Shown here piece by piece: positions 10,635-22,337 of a stretch of 47,044 bases of DNA. How positions within the stretch are numbered: the stretch's first letter is position 1; every line of letters starts with the position of its first letter. A program made the translations under genes and the position numbers. A model generated the notes under the pieces. That model was not told the origin of the DNA. It saw nothing but the letters and a program-made list of their open reading frames with translations, and made no database searches. The stretch lies in contig JBBJOE010000001.1 of assembly GCA_037721765.1 (NCBI GenBank), forward strand, positions 1 to 47,044. The letters are read 5' to 3'. The stretch is from Thermomicrobiales bacterium. GTDB lineage: Bacteria > Chloroflexota > Chloroflexia > Thermomicrobiales > UBA6265.

Positions 10635-10678
10635 GAGACCGGCCGGCCGGTCTCTTCCTCACCGCCGTTTTGGCGGTG
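10635..10678 (+). terminator. Two tandem hairpins after the DUF362-like gene
   Basis: 20-nt perfect palindrome GAGACCGGCC/GGCCGGTCTC (10635-10654), followed by CACCGCC-gtttt-GGCGGTG (10660-10678). Begins 9 nt after stop 10624-10626. Confidence 0.4.
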
Positions 10679-10697
10679 GACCAGGGCCCGATCCCGC

Positions 10698-10703
10698 TAT
10701 ACT
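10698..10703 (+). promoter_or_regulatory. Candidate -10 box (TATACT) 9 nt upstream of the uvrC ATG; implies a leaderless or near-leaderless mRNA
   Basis: gcTATACTtgagtcgttATG. There is no Shine-Dalgarno between the box and ATG 10713. The -35 is only weak (GTGGAC/TGGACC at 15-16 nt). Confidence 0.35.
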
Positions 10704-10712
10704 TGAGTCGTT

Positions 10713-12734
10713 ATGACCACCCAGGCCCGCCCCCCGAAACCCGCCCGGCCCGACTTTTCCTCGCGCCTGGCCGCGCTGGCCGCCGCCCCCGGCGTCTACT
10801 TGATGAAGAACGCCGAGGGTACCGTCATCTACGTCGGCAAGGCCGCCCAGCTCCGCAACCGGGTCCGCTCCTACTTCCAGTCCCCCCGGGGCCACGACCC
10901 GAAGACCCGCGAACTCGTCAGCCACATCGTCGACTTCGAGGTGATCCGGACCGACACCCCGACCGAGGCCCTGATCCTCGAGAACGAGCTGATCAAGAAG
11001 TACCTGCCCAAGTACAACGTCATGCTCAAGGACAGTAAGACGTACCCGTACCTGAAGATCACCGAGGAGGAGTGGCCCCGGGTCATCTCCACCCGCCAGA
11101 TCCTCAAGGACGGCGGCCGCTACTACGGCCCCTACACCTCCGCCGGCGCCGCCTACCAATCGTTGAACCTGCTCAACCGTCTCTTCCCCTATCGCAAGTG
11201 CGACAAGAAGATTACCGGCGATGACGAGGATTGCCTCTACTACCACATGCACCAGTGCACCGCCCCCTGCATCCGGGCCACCGACCGCGCGACCTACATG
11301 GAGGCCATCGAAGGGGCCTCGCTCTTCCTCTCCGGTCGCGGTGAGGAAGTGGTCGGGCCGCTGGAGCGGGACATGCAGCAGGCGGCAGACGCCTGGAACT
11401 TCGAGCGGGCCGGGGAACTGCGCGACCGGATCAGCGCCGTCCGCCACGTCCTGGAGCGGCAGAAGATCGTCAGCCCGAACGGGACGAACGCCGACGTGAT
11501 CGCCGTTTCCCAGGGGGCCGGCGGCGACGCCGGGGTCCAGGTCGGCTTCCTCCGCAACGGCAAGCTGCTCGGCTCGGAGTTCTTCCCGATGAGGGCCACG
11601 GTCGACGACACCACCGCCGGTATCCTGGCCGGGTTCGTCACCCAGTTCTACGACAAGGCGGCGATGGTGCCGCCCCAGATCCTGGTCGCCGAGCCGCTGC
11701 CCGGCGCCGAGGCCGAGGTGATCCTCCCCTGGTTGCGGGAGCGGCGAGGCGGCAAGGTCGAGGTCGTCGTGCCGCGGCGCGGTGATAAGCGCGGCCTCGT
11801 GGAGATGGTCGCCAAGAGCGCCGACCAGAACCTCGAGCAGAACCGTCTCAAGTTCCTCTCCGACGAGATGAAGATGACCGCCGCGATGACCGAACTCGCC
11901 AGCGCCCTCGACCTGCCCCGCCTGCCCCGCCGGATCGAGTGCTTCGACATTTCCAATACCCAGGGCACCAACCCCGTCGCCAGCATGGTCGTCTTCATCG
12001 ACGGGCGACCGGCCAAGAAGGAGTACCGCCGCTTCGGGATCAAGACCGTCACCGGCAGCAACGACTTCGCGATGATGCACGAGGTCATCCTGCGCCGGTT
12101 CAGGCGAGCCGCGCAGCTCGATGCCGGGACGGAACACGACGACATCGCCGGTGACGGTGACCCCGTCGCCGCCTACTTCGCGGGCCCGGCGACGTCTGCC
12201 CGGGCGGCGTCCGGCCTGACCGGGAGCGACGAGGGGGCCGACGCGACGGAGCGGCCGGACGAGATCGAAACACCGGCCACGACGGCCCGCGACGGCGGCA
12301 AGTGGGCCCAACTGCCGGACCTGGTGATCGTCGACGGCGGCAAGGGCCAACTCAATGCCGCCCTGGACGCCCTGCGCGAGGCCGGGGTGATCGGACAGCC
12401 GATCGCCGGCCTGGCAAAGGAGAACGAGGAGCTGTTCCTCCCGGGGCGGTCCGTGCCCGTCCTCTTGCCGCGCGACAGCCAGGCCCTCTATATGGTCCAG
12501 CGGGTCCGCGACGAGGCCCACCGCTTCGCCGTGACCTTCCACCGGACGAAGCGATCCAAGGCCGCCGTCCACTCCAAGCTCGACGACGTGCCCGGCATCG
12601 GCCCCAAGCGGCGCAAGGCCCTCATCGCCCATTTCGGCTCCCTACGCGGCGTCCAGGCCGCCACGATCGAGGAGTTGACGGCCGTCGAGGGTATCAGCAC
12701 CGCCGTCGCGGCCTCGATCAAGGCGACGATCTGA
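10713..12734 (+). CDS. uvrC: Excinuclease ABC subunit C
   Basis: GIY-YIG N-terminus (GVYLMKNAEGTVIYVGKAAQLRNRVRSYF), UvrB-interacting region, endonuclease domain (IECFDISNTQG, DLVIVDGGKGQL) and a C-terminal HhH2 (VPGIGPKRRKALIAHFGS). Confidence 0.95.
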   Translation: MTTQARPPKPARPDFSSRLAALAAAPGVYLMKNAEGTVIYVGKAAQLRNRVRSYFQSPRGHDPKTRELVSHIVDFEVIRTDTPTEALILENELIKKYLPKYNVMLKDSKTYPYLKITEEEWPRVISTRQILKDGGRYYGPYTSAGAAYQSLNLLNRLFPYRKCDKKITGDDEDCLYYHMHQCTAPCIRATDRATYMEAIEGASLFLSGRGEEVVGPLERDMQQAADAWNFERAGELRDRISAVRHVLERQKIVSPNGTNADVIAVSQGAGGDAGVQVGFLRNGKLLGSEFFPMRATVDDTTAGILAGFVTQFYDKAAMVPPQILVAEPLPGAEAEVILPWLRERRGGKVEVVVPRRGDKRGLVEMVAKSADQNLEQNRLKFLSDEMKMTAAMTELASALDLPRLPRRIECFDISNTQGTNPVASMVVFIDGRPAKKEYRRFGIKTVTGSNDFAMMHEVILRRFRRAAQLDAGTEHDDIAGDGDPVAAYFAGPATSARAASGLTGSDEGADATERPDEIETPATTARDGGKWAQLPDLVIVDGGKGQLNAALDALREAGVIGQPIAGLAKENEELFLPGRSVPVLLPRDSQALYMVQRVRDEAHRFAVTFHRTKRSKAAVHSKLDDVPGIGPKRRKALIAHFGSLRGVQAATIEELTAVEGISTAVAASIKATI

Positions 12735-12858
12735 TGTCCGGTCGCCGCCCGGCGGCCTCGCGGCCGATCGACTGTCCCGACCGACATCATCGCCACGGTC
12801 GTCCGGGGTCTTTGGCTGACGCCGAAGGCCACGTCGGCCGTCACCGCCCGCGGCCAAG

Positions 12859-13536
12859 ATGACCGGTGCCTCCCTCCCCGACCCGGACACCATCGCGGCC
12901 GCCGTCCGCGACCTCCTCGCCGGCCGGGTGGTCGGCCTGCCCACCGACACGGTCTACGGCCTCGCCGCCGCCCTGCACCGGCCCGCCGCGATCGCTGAGC
13001 TCTACGCCATCAAGGGTCGCCCCGGCGGGAAACCCCTGCCGGTCCTGCTGTCTGGTATGGACGCCATCGAACTGGTCGCCAAGCCGGTCTCCATCAGGGT
13101 AGCGGCCCTTCTCAGCGCCATCTGGCCCGGCGGGCTCACCGTGGCCCTCCCCGCGCGGGACGGGCTCCCCACCGCCGTGGTCGCCGCCGACGGCACGGTC
13201 GGGGTCCGGGTCCCGGCGAACGACGTCACGCTCGCCGTCCTGCGCGGCCTCGGTGGTGCGGCCGCGGTCACCAGTGCCAACGTCTCGGGCGAACCGCCCG
13301 TGCGGACCGCCGTCGCCGTCCGGACCGCCTTCGGGACCCGGCTCGGGACCGTCCTCGACGGCGAGAGCCGGCCCGGGGCGCTCCCCTCGACGGTGGTCGG
13401 CTTCGACGGCGACCGACTCGTGATCCATCGCGAGGGGGCCATCCCGGGGAACACGCTGCGTGCTTTCTGGGATGCCACCGGGAACCGCGGCCCGGCGGAG
13501 GATGTGGCTATCCCAGGTCCCGGCACGGTACGATAG
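12859..13536 (+). CDS. tsaC: L-threonylcarbamoyladenylate synthase (YrdC/Sua5/TsaC family, YrdC domain only)
   Basis: LLAGRVVGLPTDTVYGLAA, LYAIKGRPGGKPLPVL, TSANVSGEPP, STVV. Confidence 0.85.
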   Translation: MTGASLPDPDTIAAAVRDLLAGRVVGLPTDTVYGLAAALHRPAAIAELYAIKGRPGGKPLPVLLSGMDAIELVAKPVSIRVAALLSAIWPGGLTVALPARDGLPTAVVAADGTVGVRVPANDVTLAVLRGLGGAAAVTSANVSGEPPVRTAVAVRTAFGTRLGTVLDGESRPGALPSTVVGFDGDRLVIHREGAIPGNTLRAFWDATGNRGPAEDVAIPGPGTVR

Positions 13537-13575
13537 CCCCGTAGCGCACTGGGGCATCGGAGGACATCAACGGGC

Positions 13576-14403
13576 ATGAGACAACCGTCGTTCGGTCAAG
13601 GGATCATCGTCAGCATCGTCGTCGCCGCGCTGGTCTTCGCGATGGCGATCGCCGCCATCGGCGGCGGCGACGGCGATCCGGCCACCATCCCCGCCGGCGA
13701 GACGACCGGGTGGCTCTACTGGGGCATGGCCGTGATCATCATCGCCGGGGCCGCGGTCGGCGCCCAGTACGCCGAGGAGATCGCCAAGGTCGCCGCCCAG
13801 GCCGTCGGCCAGAAACGGGTCACGGCGGCCGTGCCGACCGCCTGGGCGGTCCCCGCCGTCGCCACCTTCGGCACCCTGCTCCTGATCGCCACCTACCACA
13901 ACAGCTGGATGCTGCTCCTCGGCCCGCTCTTCGCCTTCCTCGGCACGGCGGGGGCCCTCTTCTCCCGCGACCTGCTCGACGACGTCGGCGACGCCGCTCA
14001 CCGGATGGCGGTCACGGTCCACACCGTGATCATCCACGCCGCCGCCTTCCTCGCCCTCGGCACGGTCTACATCAACAAGTTCCCCGATTGGTTCTCCGCC
14101 ACACTGATCGGCTTGATCGCCGGGTCGCTGGCCCTGGAGATGCTGGAGCGCGCCACCGCATTCCCCCCGCGCCACATGCTCTACGCTCTCATCGTTGGCT
14201 TGCTGCTCTGGCAGGCGACCCTGGCCGTCAACTGGTGGCCGATGCACGGGTGGACCGGGGGCGCGGTCCTCTTGGTCTGCTTCTACCTCACGGCCGGCCT
14301 GCTGCTCAGCGGCGCCGAGCGCGGCGGGCCACGGCTCCGCGACCTGATCGAATATGGCGGGGTCAGCGTGGTCGCCCTCGTCTTCCTGATCGTCTCGGGC
14401 TAG
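13576..14403 (+). CDS. Hypothetical polytopic membrane protein (about 7 predicted TM segments)
   Basis: GGAGGA RBS 10 nt upstream of ATG 13576. Alternating hydrophobic stretches run throughout. No family recognised. Confidence 0.6.
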   Translation: MRQPSFGQGIIVSIVVAALVFAMAIAAIGGGDGDPATIPAGETTGWLYWGMAVIIIAGAAVGAQYAEEIAKVAAQAVGQKRVTAAVPTAWAVPAVATFGTLLLIATYHNSWMLLLGPLFAFLGTAGALFSRDLLDDVGDAAHRMAVTVHTVIIHAAAFLALGTVYINKFPDWFSATLIGLIAGSLALEMLERATAFPPRHMLYALIVGLLLWQATLAVNWWPMHGWTGGAVLLVCFYLTAGLLLSGAERGGPRLRDLIEYGGVSVVALVFLIVSG

Positions 14404-14426
14404 GGCCCATCGCCGGAGGAGGAGAC

Positions 14427-14606
14427 GTGTCGCGACCGGTGACGACCGAGGCAGAGCGGCTGGCGGCCCTCGACCTGCTCGAAGAACTGATCGAGCTCAT
14501 GGACGAGGCAGGCGTTTCCACCCGCGAGGAGGCCGTGCGTCGCCTGGCCGAACTCGAGGCGACTCTGGGCGACGACCCCGAACCGGACGGGCCGAGCGGG
14601 TCCTGA
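14427..14606 (+). CDS. Small (59 aa) acidic, helix-prone hypothetical protein
   Basis: GTG 14427 is preceded by GGAGGAGGAG. Sequence VSRPVTTEAERLAALDLLEELIELMDEAGVSTREEAVRRLAELEATLGDDPEPDGPSGS. It is the in-frame tail of track ORF 13710..14606. Confidence 0.4.
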   Translation: MSRPVTTEAERLAALDLLEELIELMDEAGVSTREEAVRRLAELEATLGDDPEPDGPSGS

Positions 14607-14725
14607 GCCCCGATCCTCATGGGTCGTCCCGCGAGGGCCGCCGCTGGGCGATCGTCCCCTGGATCGTCCGGATCGGCCACGCCACCTCGTAGCGATCCGT
14701 TCCCACACGACCCGAGGATGGTGCC

Positions 14726-16159
14726 ATGCCCGCCGGAGCGAAGGGGACCCACGCCGGCCCCGACCTCTTCACCGCCAACCGTGCGTCACAGTTGGAACGG
14801 GTCGCCCCACTGGCGACCCGGATGCGACCGCGCGACCTCGATGACTTCGTCGGCCAGGCCCACGTCGTCGGGCCCGGCACCCTGCTCCGCCGCGCGATCG
14901 AGACCGACCGCCTAGCCTCGGTCATCCTCTGGGGCCCGCCGGGGACCGGCAAGACGACCCTGGCCCGGATCATCTCCCACACCACCGGGGCCGAGTTCGT
15001 CGCGCTGAGCGCCGTCACCTCCGGCGTCGCCGACATCCGCACCGCGACCAAGGAGGCCGCCGACCGGATCGGCATGACCGGTCGGCGTACGGTCCTCTTC
15101 GTCGACGAGATCCACCGCTTCAATCGCTCGCAGCAGGACGCCATCCTGCCCCACGTCGAGGACGGCACGGTGATCCTGATCGGGGCCACCACCGAGAACC
15201 CCTCCTTCGAGGTCAATGCCCCCCTCCTCTCTCGCTCCCGGGTCGTGGTCCTCACGGCCCTCGCCGACGAGGACATCCGGCTCATCGTCTCCCGGGCCCT
15301 GGAGGACCCCGTCCGCGGCCTGGGTGGTCAGGGCATCACGATCACCGGCGAGGCGATGGGACTGCTCGCCAACTTCGCCAACGGCGACGGCCGTTTCGCC
15401 CTCAACACCCTCGAATTGGCCGCCGCCGGGGCGGGCTACGGCGCCGCGCCGGTCATCACCCCGGAGATGGTGGCCGACGCCGCGCAGCGCCGGGCCGCCA
15501 CCTACGACAAGACGGGCGACGACCACTACGACGCCATCTCGGCCCTCCACAAGACGATCCGGGGCTCCGACCCGGACGCCGCCCTCTACTGGCTGGCCCG
15601 GATGCTGGAGCGGGGCGACGACCCCCTCTTCATCGCCCGCCGCCTGGTCCGTTTCGCCTCGGAGGATGTCGGCCTCGCCGACCCGGCCGCCCTCTCTCTG
15701 GCGATGGCCGCCCGCGACGCGGTCCACTTCATCGGCCTGCCCGAGGGCGCCCTGGCCCTGGCGGAACTGGTCGTCTACCTCGCCCTGGCTCCCAAGAGCA
15801 ACGCCATCTACCGGGCCTACGCGTCGGCGAAGGACGACGTCGTCGCGACCCGCAACGATCCGGTCCCGATCCATCTCCGGAACGCTCCGACCGCCCTGAT
15901 GCGGGAGCAGGGGTACGGGGCGGGCTACCGCTATGCCCACGACTTCCCGGACGCGCTTGTCGGCCAGGTCAACGTGCCCGAGAACGTCGCCGGGCACCGT
16001 TACTACCAACCCACCGGCCGCGGCCACGAGGCCGTCCTGGCCGAACGGCTCGACCGTATCCACGAGGCCTACCGGGCGTCGCGCGGAGAGGATCACGGGA
16101 GAGATCGGACGGAGCGACCCGTCGCGGACAACGTTCCGGAGGAGGACAAGACGCCATGA
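14726..16159 (+). CDS. rarA: Replication-associated recombination protein A (AAA+ ATPase)
   Basis: [47 protein letters not shown], MgsA C-terminal region ([27 protein letters not shown]). Confidence 0.9.
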   Translation: MPAGAKGTHAGPDLFTANRASQLERVAPLATRMRPRDLDDFVGQAHVVGPGTLLRRAIETDRLASVILWGPPGTGKTTLARIISHTTGAEFVALSAVTSGVADIRTATKEAADRIGMTGRRTVLFVDEIHRFNRSQQDAILPHVEDGTVILIGATTENPSFEVNAPLLSRSRVVVLTALADEDIRLIVSRALEDPVRGLGGQGITITGEAMGLLANFANGDGRFALNTLELAAAGAGYGAAPVITPEMVADAAQRRAATYDKTGDDHYDAISALHKTIRGSDPDAALYWLARMLERGDDPLFIARRLVRFASEDVGLADPAALSLAMAARDAVHFIGLPEGALALAELVVYLALAPKSNAIYRAYASAKDDVVATRNDPVPIHLRNAPTALMREQGYGAGYRYAHDFPDALVGQVNVPENVAGHRYYQPTGRGHEAVLAERLDRIHEAYRASRGEDHGRDRTERPVADNVPEEDKTP

Positions 16160-16908
16160 CCGGCAAGACCACGGGACGCCAGGACGGTCGGCAGCCCGAC
16201 CAGATGCGACCGATCGTGATCGAGACCGGGGTCGCACCATACGCCGAAGGGTCCGCGCTGATCTCGGTCGGGGAGACCCGCGTCTTCTGCACCGCCACGG
16301 TCGACGAGCGCGTCCCGCGCTGGATGGCCGGCAAGGGACGCGGCTGGGTCACGGCCGAATACAGCATGCTTCCCCGCGCGACCAAGACGCGGACGAACCG
16401 TGAGGCCCGGGACGGCAAGCAGGGGGGCCGGACCGTCGAGATCCAACGCCTGATCGGCCGCTCGCTGCGGGCCGTGGTGGATCCCGACCTGCTCGGCGAA
16501 CGGCAACTGATCATCGACTGCGACGTGTTGCGGGCCGACGGCGGGACCCGCTGCGCCGCCATCACCGGCGGCTATGTCGCGTTGGCCATCGCCTGCCTCG
16601 GTCTCCAGCGGCGCCGCCTCGTCCGCCGCTCGCCTCTCCTCGGCGCGGTCGCCGCGGTCAGTGCCGGGGTCGTGGGCGGCCTCACCGTCCTCGACCTCCA
16701 GGCCTCCGAGGACCAGGGGGCCGACGTCGACACCAACATCGTCATGACCGACGCGTGGGCCTTCGTCGAGATCCAGGGCACGGCCGAGCGCGAACCCTTC
16801 TCCCGCGAGGTCCTCGATACCCTGCTGACGCTGGCCGAGATCGGCCTCGCCGACCTTTTCGAGGCGCAGAGAACCGCCCTCGACGCCATCACCGCCCCGT
16901 CAGACTGA
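16156..16908 (+). CDS. rph: Ribonuclease PH
   Basis: [83 protein letters not shown] overlap with the rarA stop. Confidence 0.92.
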   Translation: MTGKTTGRQDGRQPDQMRPIVIETGVAPYAEGSALISVGETRVFCTATVDERVPRWMAGKGRGWVTAEYSMLPRATKTRTNREARDGKQGGRTVEIQRLIGRSLRAVVDPDLLGERQLIIDCDVLRADGGTRCAAITGGYVALAIACLGLQRRRLVRRSPLLGAVAAVSAGVVGGLTVLDLQASEDQGADVDTNIVMTDAWAFVEIQGTAEREPFSREVLDTLLTLAEIGLADLFEAQRTALDAITAPSD

Positions 16909-16927
16909 CCGGAGAGGACGGCTCCGG
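16909..16927. terminator. Hairpin between convergent rph and mutY
   Basis: CCGGAG-aggacgg-CTCCGG, directly after the rph stop (16906-16908). Confidence 0.35.
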
Positions 16928-16982
16928 TGCGCGACGGTGGTGCCGCCATCGTTCACCGGGTCACGCCCGGCGACAGGCACCT

Positions 16983-18014
16983 TCACGGCAACCGGACGAG
17001 AACGTTCCCGGCGTCGCCCTCCGCGGGGGCGGGGTCGTAGGCCGTTCCCTCTTCTCGGATCACATGAGCCAGTCCGTCCCGCTGCAGGCCCTCGACCACC
17101 CCGTAGAGCCAGGGCACGTCGGCGTCGGTGAAGGCCGGGCGCACCTTTGGTCCGAGGTCGCGGAGCCGGACACCCTCGTCCTTCCCATCCGTGCCCGTCG
17201 CCTCCCGCAACGCCTCGACGACCCGTCCCCGGGCGTAGCGGTTCGTCTGCTCGAAGGGGACCGCCCGGGCCGCCTTGGCCTTCCCGGTCACGTTCGCGGT
17301 CGCCAGGCTGGTCTGGATCGTCGGGGCCGCCTCGCACCGCTCCCGCAGCGGGCAGATCACGCAGGCCGGGCGCCGGGCCGTGCAGTGCAGGGCGCCGAAC
17401 TCGATCAGGGCCTGATTCCAGGTCCAACCGTTGCCCGGTGGCACGATCTCGGCGGCGACCGCCAGGGTCGCCCGCTCGGTCGTCCCGGTCCGCTCCCCCT
17501 CCGGGCCGAGGAACAGCCGGTGCAGGACGCGCCGCATATTGGTGTCGATGAACGCGCCGTCCCGCTCGAAGGCGAAGCAGGCCACCGCGCCCGCCGTGTA
17601 GGGCCCGATGCCCGGCAGCGCCAGCAGGGCCTCGACCGTGTCGGGGAAGACCCCCCCGTGGTCATCGACGACCGCCCGCGCGGCACGTTGCAGGTTGACG
17701 GCCCGGCGGTTATAGCCGAGTCCGGACCACAGGCGAATCACCTCGGCCGTCGGGGCGGCGGCCAGCGCCTCGACGAACGGGAACGCCGCCAGGAACCGCT
17801 CGTAATGCGGGATGACCCGATCGACCTGGGTCTGCTGGAGCATGATCTCGGAGACCAGGACCCGATACGGGTCTCGGGTCCGCCGCCAGGGGAGGTCCCG
17901 CGCGTTCACGTCGAACCAGGCCAGGAGACGGTCGCGTACCCAATCCCGCTTCGCCTCTCCCGCGCCGGCGTCTCCGATATCGGCGGTTGACGCCCCGTGG
18001 TCGGTCGGCGTCAT
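16983..18014 (-). CDS. mutY: A/G-specific adenine DNA glycosylase
   Basis: LPWRRTRDPYRVLVSEIMLQQTQVDRV, HhH-GPD (LPGIGPYTAGAV), 4Fe-4S loop CTARRPACVICPLRERC, C-terminal NUDIX-like domain. Confidence 0.9.
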   Translation of the reverse strand: MTPTDHGASTADIGDAGAGEAKRDWVRDRLLAWFDVNARDLPWRRTRDPYRVLVSEIMLQQTQVDRVIPHYERFLAAFPFVEALAAAPTAEVIRLWSGLGYNRRAVNLQRAARAVVDDHGGVFPDTVEALLALPGIGPYTAGAVACFAFERDGAFIDTNMRRVLHRLFLGPEGERTGTTERATLAVAAEIVPPGNGWTWNQALIEFGALHCTARRPACVICPLRERCEAAPTIQTSLATANVTGKAKAARAVPFEQTNRYARGRVVEALREATGTDGKDEGVRLRDLGPKVRPAFTDADVPWLYGVVEGLQRDGLAHVIREEGTAYDPAPAEGDAGNVLVRLP

Positions 18015-18628
18015 CGGCTGGGTCGCTTGATCTCCATCACGAACGGGAGATCGCGGACCGTCTCGACGAAGCGGTCGAGGAAGTCGACCGCGGCCTGCCC
18101 TGCCGGGATCGCGTTGCGGTCAAGTTTCAAGTAGGCGGCCTGACCGTCGGGGAAGACGAACGTCGGGGTGCCGAAGACGTTCAGCGTGCCCTTGCCCGCC
18201 TCGTAGTCCTCGCCGATCGCCGCCAGTCGCGACCGGTCCCGCGAAGCGGTCTCGAAGCGATCCATATCGAGACCCGCTTCGCGGGCCGCCGCCTCGATGG
18301 TCTCCCGCTTGCCGTGGTCCTTGCCCGCCTCGTGCTTGGCCTCGATTAGGGCGCGGTGGAATCGCCAGGCCGCCTCGTCCCCCTGGTCCCGGGCGGCGGA
18401 TGCCGCCAGGAAAGCTGGCAGGCCCCGGCTCCTGTATCCCTCGGGCTGCTCCCACAGCTTCCACTCCGGTCCTTCGCCGCTATTGACCTGTTCCAGCGGG
18501 AAGGCCCGCCAGCGGATGGGCAGCGGCTCGCCGCGCGCCTCCTCGACGTTGTGGAGCCATCTCGTCGCGGCATAGACATATGGGCATCCGAAGTCGTAGT
18601 AGATCTCCATCGCCGGTGCGTCGCTCAT
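18011..18628 (-). CDS. DsbA-family thioredoxin-fold protein, monothiol CPYV variant
   Basis: EIYYDFGCPYVYAATRW at the N-terminus, helical insert, and C-terminal VFGTPTFVF typical of the DsbA/FrnE fold. Its stop overlaps the mutY ATG (ATGA). Confidence 0.65.
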   Translation of the reverse strand: MSDAPAMEIYYDFGCPYVYAATRWLHNVEEARGEPLPIRWRAFPLEQVNSGEGPEWKLWEQPEGYRSRGLPAFLAASAARDQGDEAAWRFHRALIEAKHEAGKDHGKRETIEAAAREAGLDMDRFETASRDRSRLAAIGEDYEAGKGTLNVFGTPTFVFPDGQAAYLKLDRNAIPAGQAAVDFLDRFVETVRDLPFVMEIKRPSR

Positions 18629-18747
18629 GGATCGTCCCTCCTCTGGTCACTGGTCAACTGATCACCGGACAGGGGTCCAGGTGTCGTCCGGGCCGCGATC
18701 CCGTTCCGGCCACATCGCTCGCGTCGGCCACGTTCCGGCTGGTGCGT

Positions 18748-19392
18748 TCACGATCGCCCCGTCTCGCCGCCGCCGCCGAGCCGCGGGGCCACCGTCGCGT
18801 CCCAGGCGGCGCGGACCTGCTCCCGGGTCGTCGCCAGGGTCGTGCCATTGTCGATCGTGACATCGACCTGGCGGGCCAGATCGTCGGTCCACACCCGGGA
18901 CATCACCCGTCGATGTGCCTCCGTCCGGTCGAGCGCCCGGGTCGCGACGAGGCGGTCGACCTGCTGCTCCGGCGGGCAATCCACTAGCCAGACCGTATCG
19001 CAGTGGGCGGCGTGGCCGCTCTCGATCAGCTTGACCGCATCCACCGTCACGACCGTGCTCTCGGAGGCGGCGACCAGCCGGTCGATCGCCGCGATCACCG
19101 CCGGGTGGGTGATCCGGTCCAGGTCGGCCAGGGCGGCCGGATCGGCGAACACGATCACTCCGAGAGCCTTGCGGTCCAATGAGCCGTCCGGGGCGATGAC
19201 TCCCGGACCGAACCGGGCCCCGATCTCGACGAGCAACGGACTGCCCGGGGTGATCAGATCGTGGTAGACCCGGTCGGCGTCGATCGCCTCCGCGCCGAGG
19301 TCGCGCAGCATCCCGACCACGGTGCTCTTGCCGCTGGCGATCCCGCCGGTCACTCCGATGAGGAATGGTCCCCGCCGCGGTGTCCCGGTCAC
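18748..19392 (-). CDS. coaE: Dephospho-CoA kinase
   Basis: IGVTGGIASGKSTV P-loop, with family-typical length and order. GTGA overlap with the upstream GNAT stop. Confidence 0.9.
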   Translation of the reverse strand: MTGTPRRGPFLIGVTGGIASGKSTVVGMLRDLGAEAIDADRVYHDLITPGSPLLVEIGARFGPGVIAPDGSLDRKALGVIVFADPAALADLDRITHPAVIAAIDRLVAASESTVVTVDAVKLIESGHAAHCDTVWLVDCPPEQQVDRLVATRALDRTEAHRRVMSRVWTDDLARQVDVTIDNGTTLATTREQVRAAWDATVAPRLGGGGETGRS

Positions 19393-19994
19393 GGGCGCGG
19401 TTTGTCCGGCACGAAGACCTCGGCGAGGACGGGGCTCTCGAATTCATCGGCCAGGCAATCCATCAGGATTTCGTCCCAGAGTCGACCGCCCATGAACCGG
19501 CCCTGCCGTCGCCGGCCGATCTCCCGGTATCCCGCCTTCTCGTAGGCGCGCCGGGCGGCCAGGTTGAACTCGTAGACCGACAGCATGACGTTGTTCAGCC
19601 CGAGCGCCACGAAGCCGTAGTCCAGCATGAGGCGCGTCGCCTCGGTCCCGAAGCCCCTTCCACGCGCGTCCGGCTCGCCGATCATCAGGCCAAAGGAGGC
19701 GGTCCGATGGCGGTAGTCGATCTGGTGCAGCCCCGTGATCCCCACTGGCCGCCACGACTGACGGTCGTAGATCGTGAACGAGGCGTCGGTAGCGCCTTGC
19801 CTCGAGACTCGTTCGAACCAGTCGAGTTCGGCCTCCTCGGCCATGGGTCCCGGCGGCAACGCCAGTGTCCGGGCGGTAGCGAAGTCGTTGACCCAGCGCT
19901 GGTAGGTCGTGACGAGGTCGCGTCGCACCGGACCGAGCGATATCGAATCGCCCTCGATATTTAGGATCTCCGGCCGCTCGTGCCCGGTCGCCAT
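19389..19994 (-). CDS. GNAT-family N-acetyltransferase (RimJ/RimL-like)
   Basis: C-terminal 201 aa of track ORF 19389..21482, starting at ATG 19994. Motifs GRGFGTEATRLMLDYGF, LNNVMLSVYEFNLAARRAYEKAGYREIGRRR. The upstream part of that ORF is a shadow of the ABC-F gene. Confidence 0.8.
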   Translation of the reverse strand: MATGHERPEILNIEGDSISLGPVRRDLVTTYQRWVNDFATARTLALPPGPMAEEAELDWFERVSRQGATDASFTIYDRQSWRPVGITGLHQIDYRHRTASFGLMIGEPDARGRGFGTEATRLMLDYGFVALGLNNVMLSVYEFNLAARRAYEKAGYREIGRRRQGRFMGGRLWDEILMDCLADEFESPVLAEVFVPDKPRP

Positions 19995-20047
19995 CGCGGT
20001 ACGTTTCCCCTCTCCCCTCGGGACATGGCGGCGATCCCGGCGCGACG

Positions 20048-22087
<2,040 letters not shown>

Positions 22088-22337
22088 GACGGGGGCGAAC
22101 CTTTACCGGGGGCACGGTGGCCCGCGCGTGATGTCGTGACGATGTTGGGAGGGGACGGGGGATGCGGGCGGGCAGCGGCCCGACGGCATCGGGGTGGGCG
22201 ATGGGCCGACGTTTGCCAGAGGTGCCACCCGACACCGTAGTATACCAGCGTGGACACTCGCCACGACGCCCGCACGGCGGGCCGCACGCCGGACGCCGGA
22301 CATCGTGCCGGTGGACTGACGGAGAGGAACGACACCG

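Noticed and set aside
22215-22337. Possible lysine (L-box) riboswitch upstream of lysA (AGAGGTGC…GTAGTA…ACTGACGGAGAGG).
   Set aside because: Only about 115 nt are available, against at least 160 nt for a five-helix L-box. The conserved GCCGAAG core and other elements are absent. The GGAGAGG is more simply the lysA Shine-Dalgarno.
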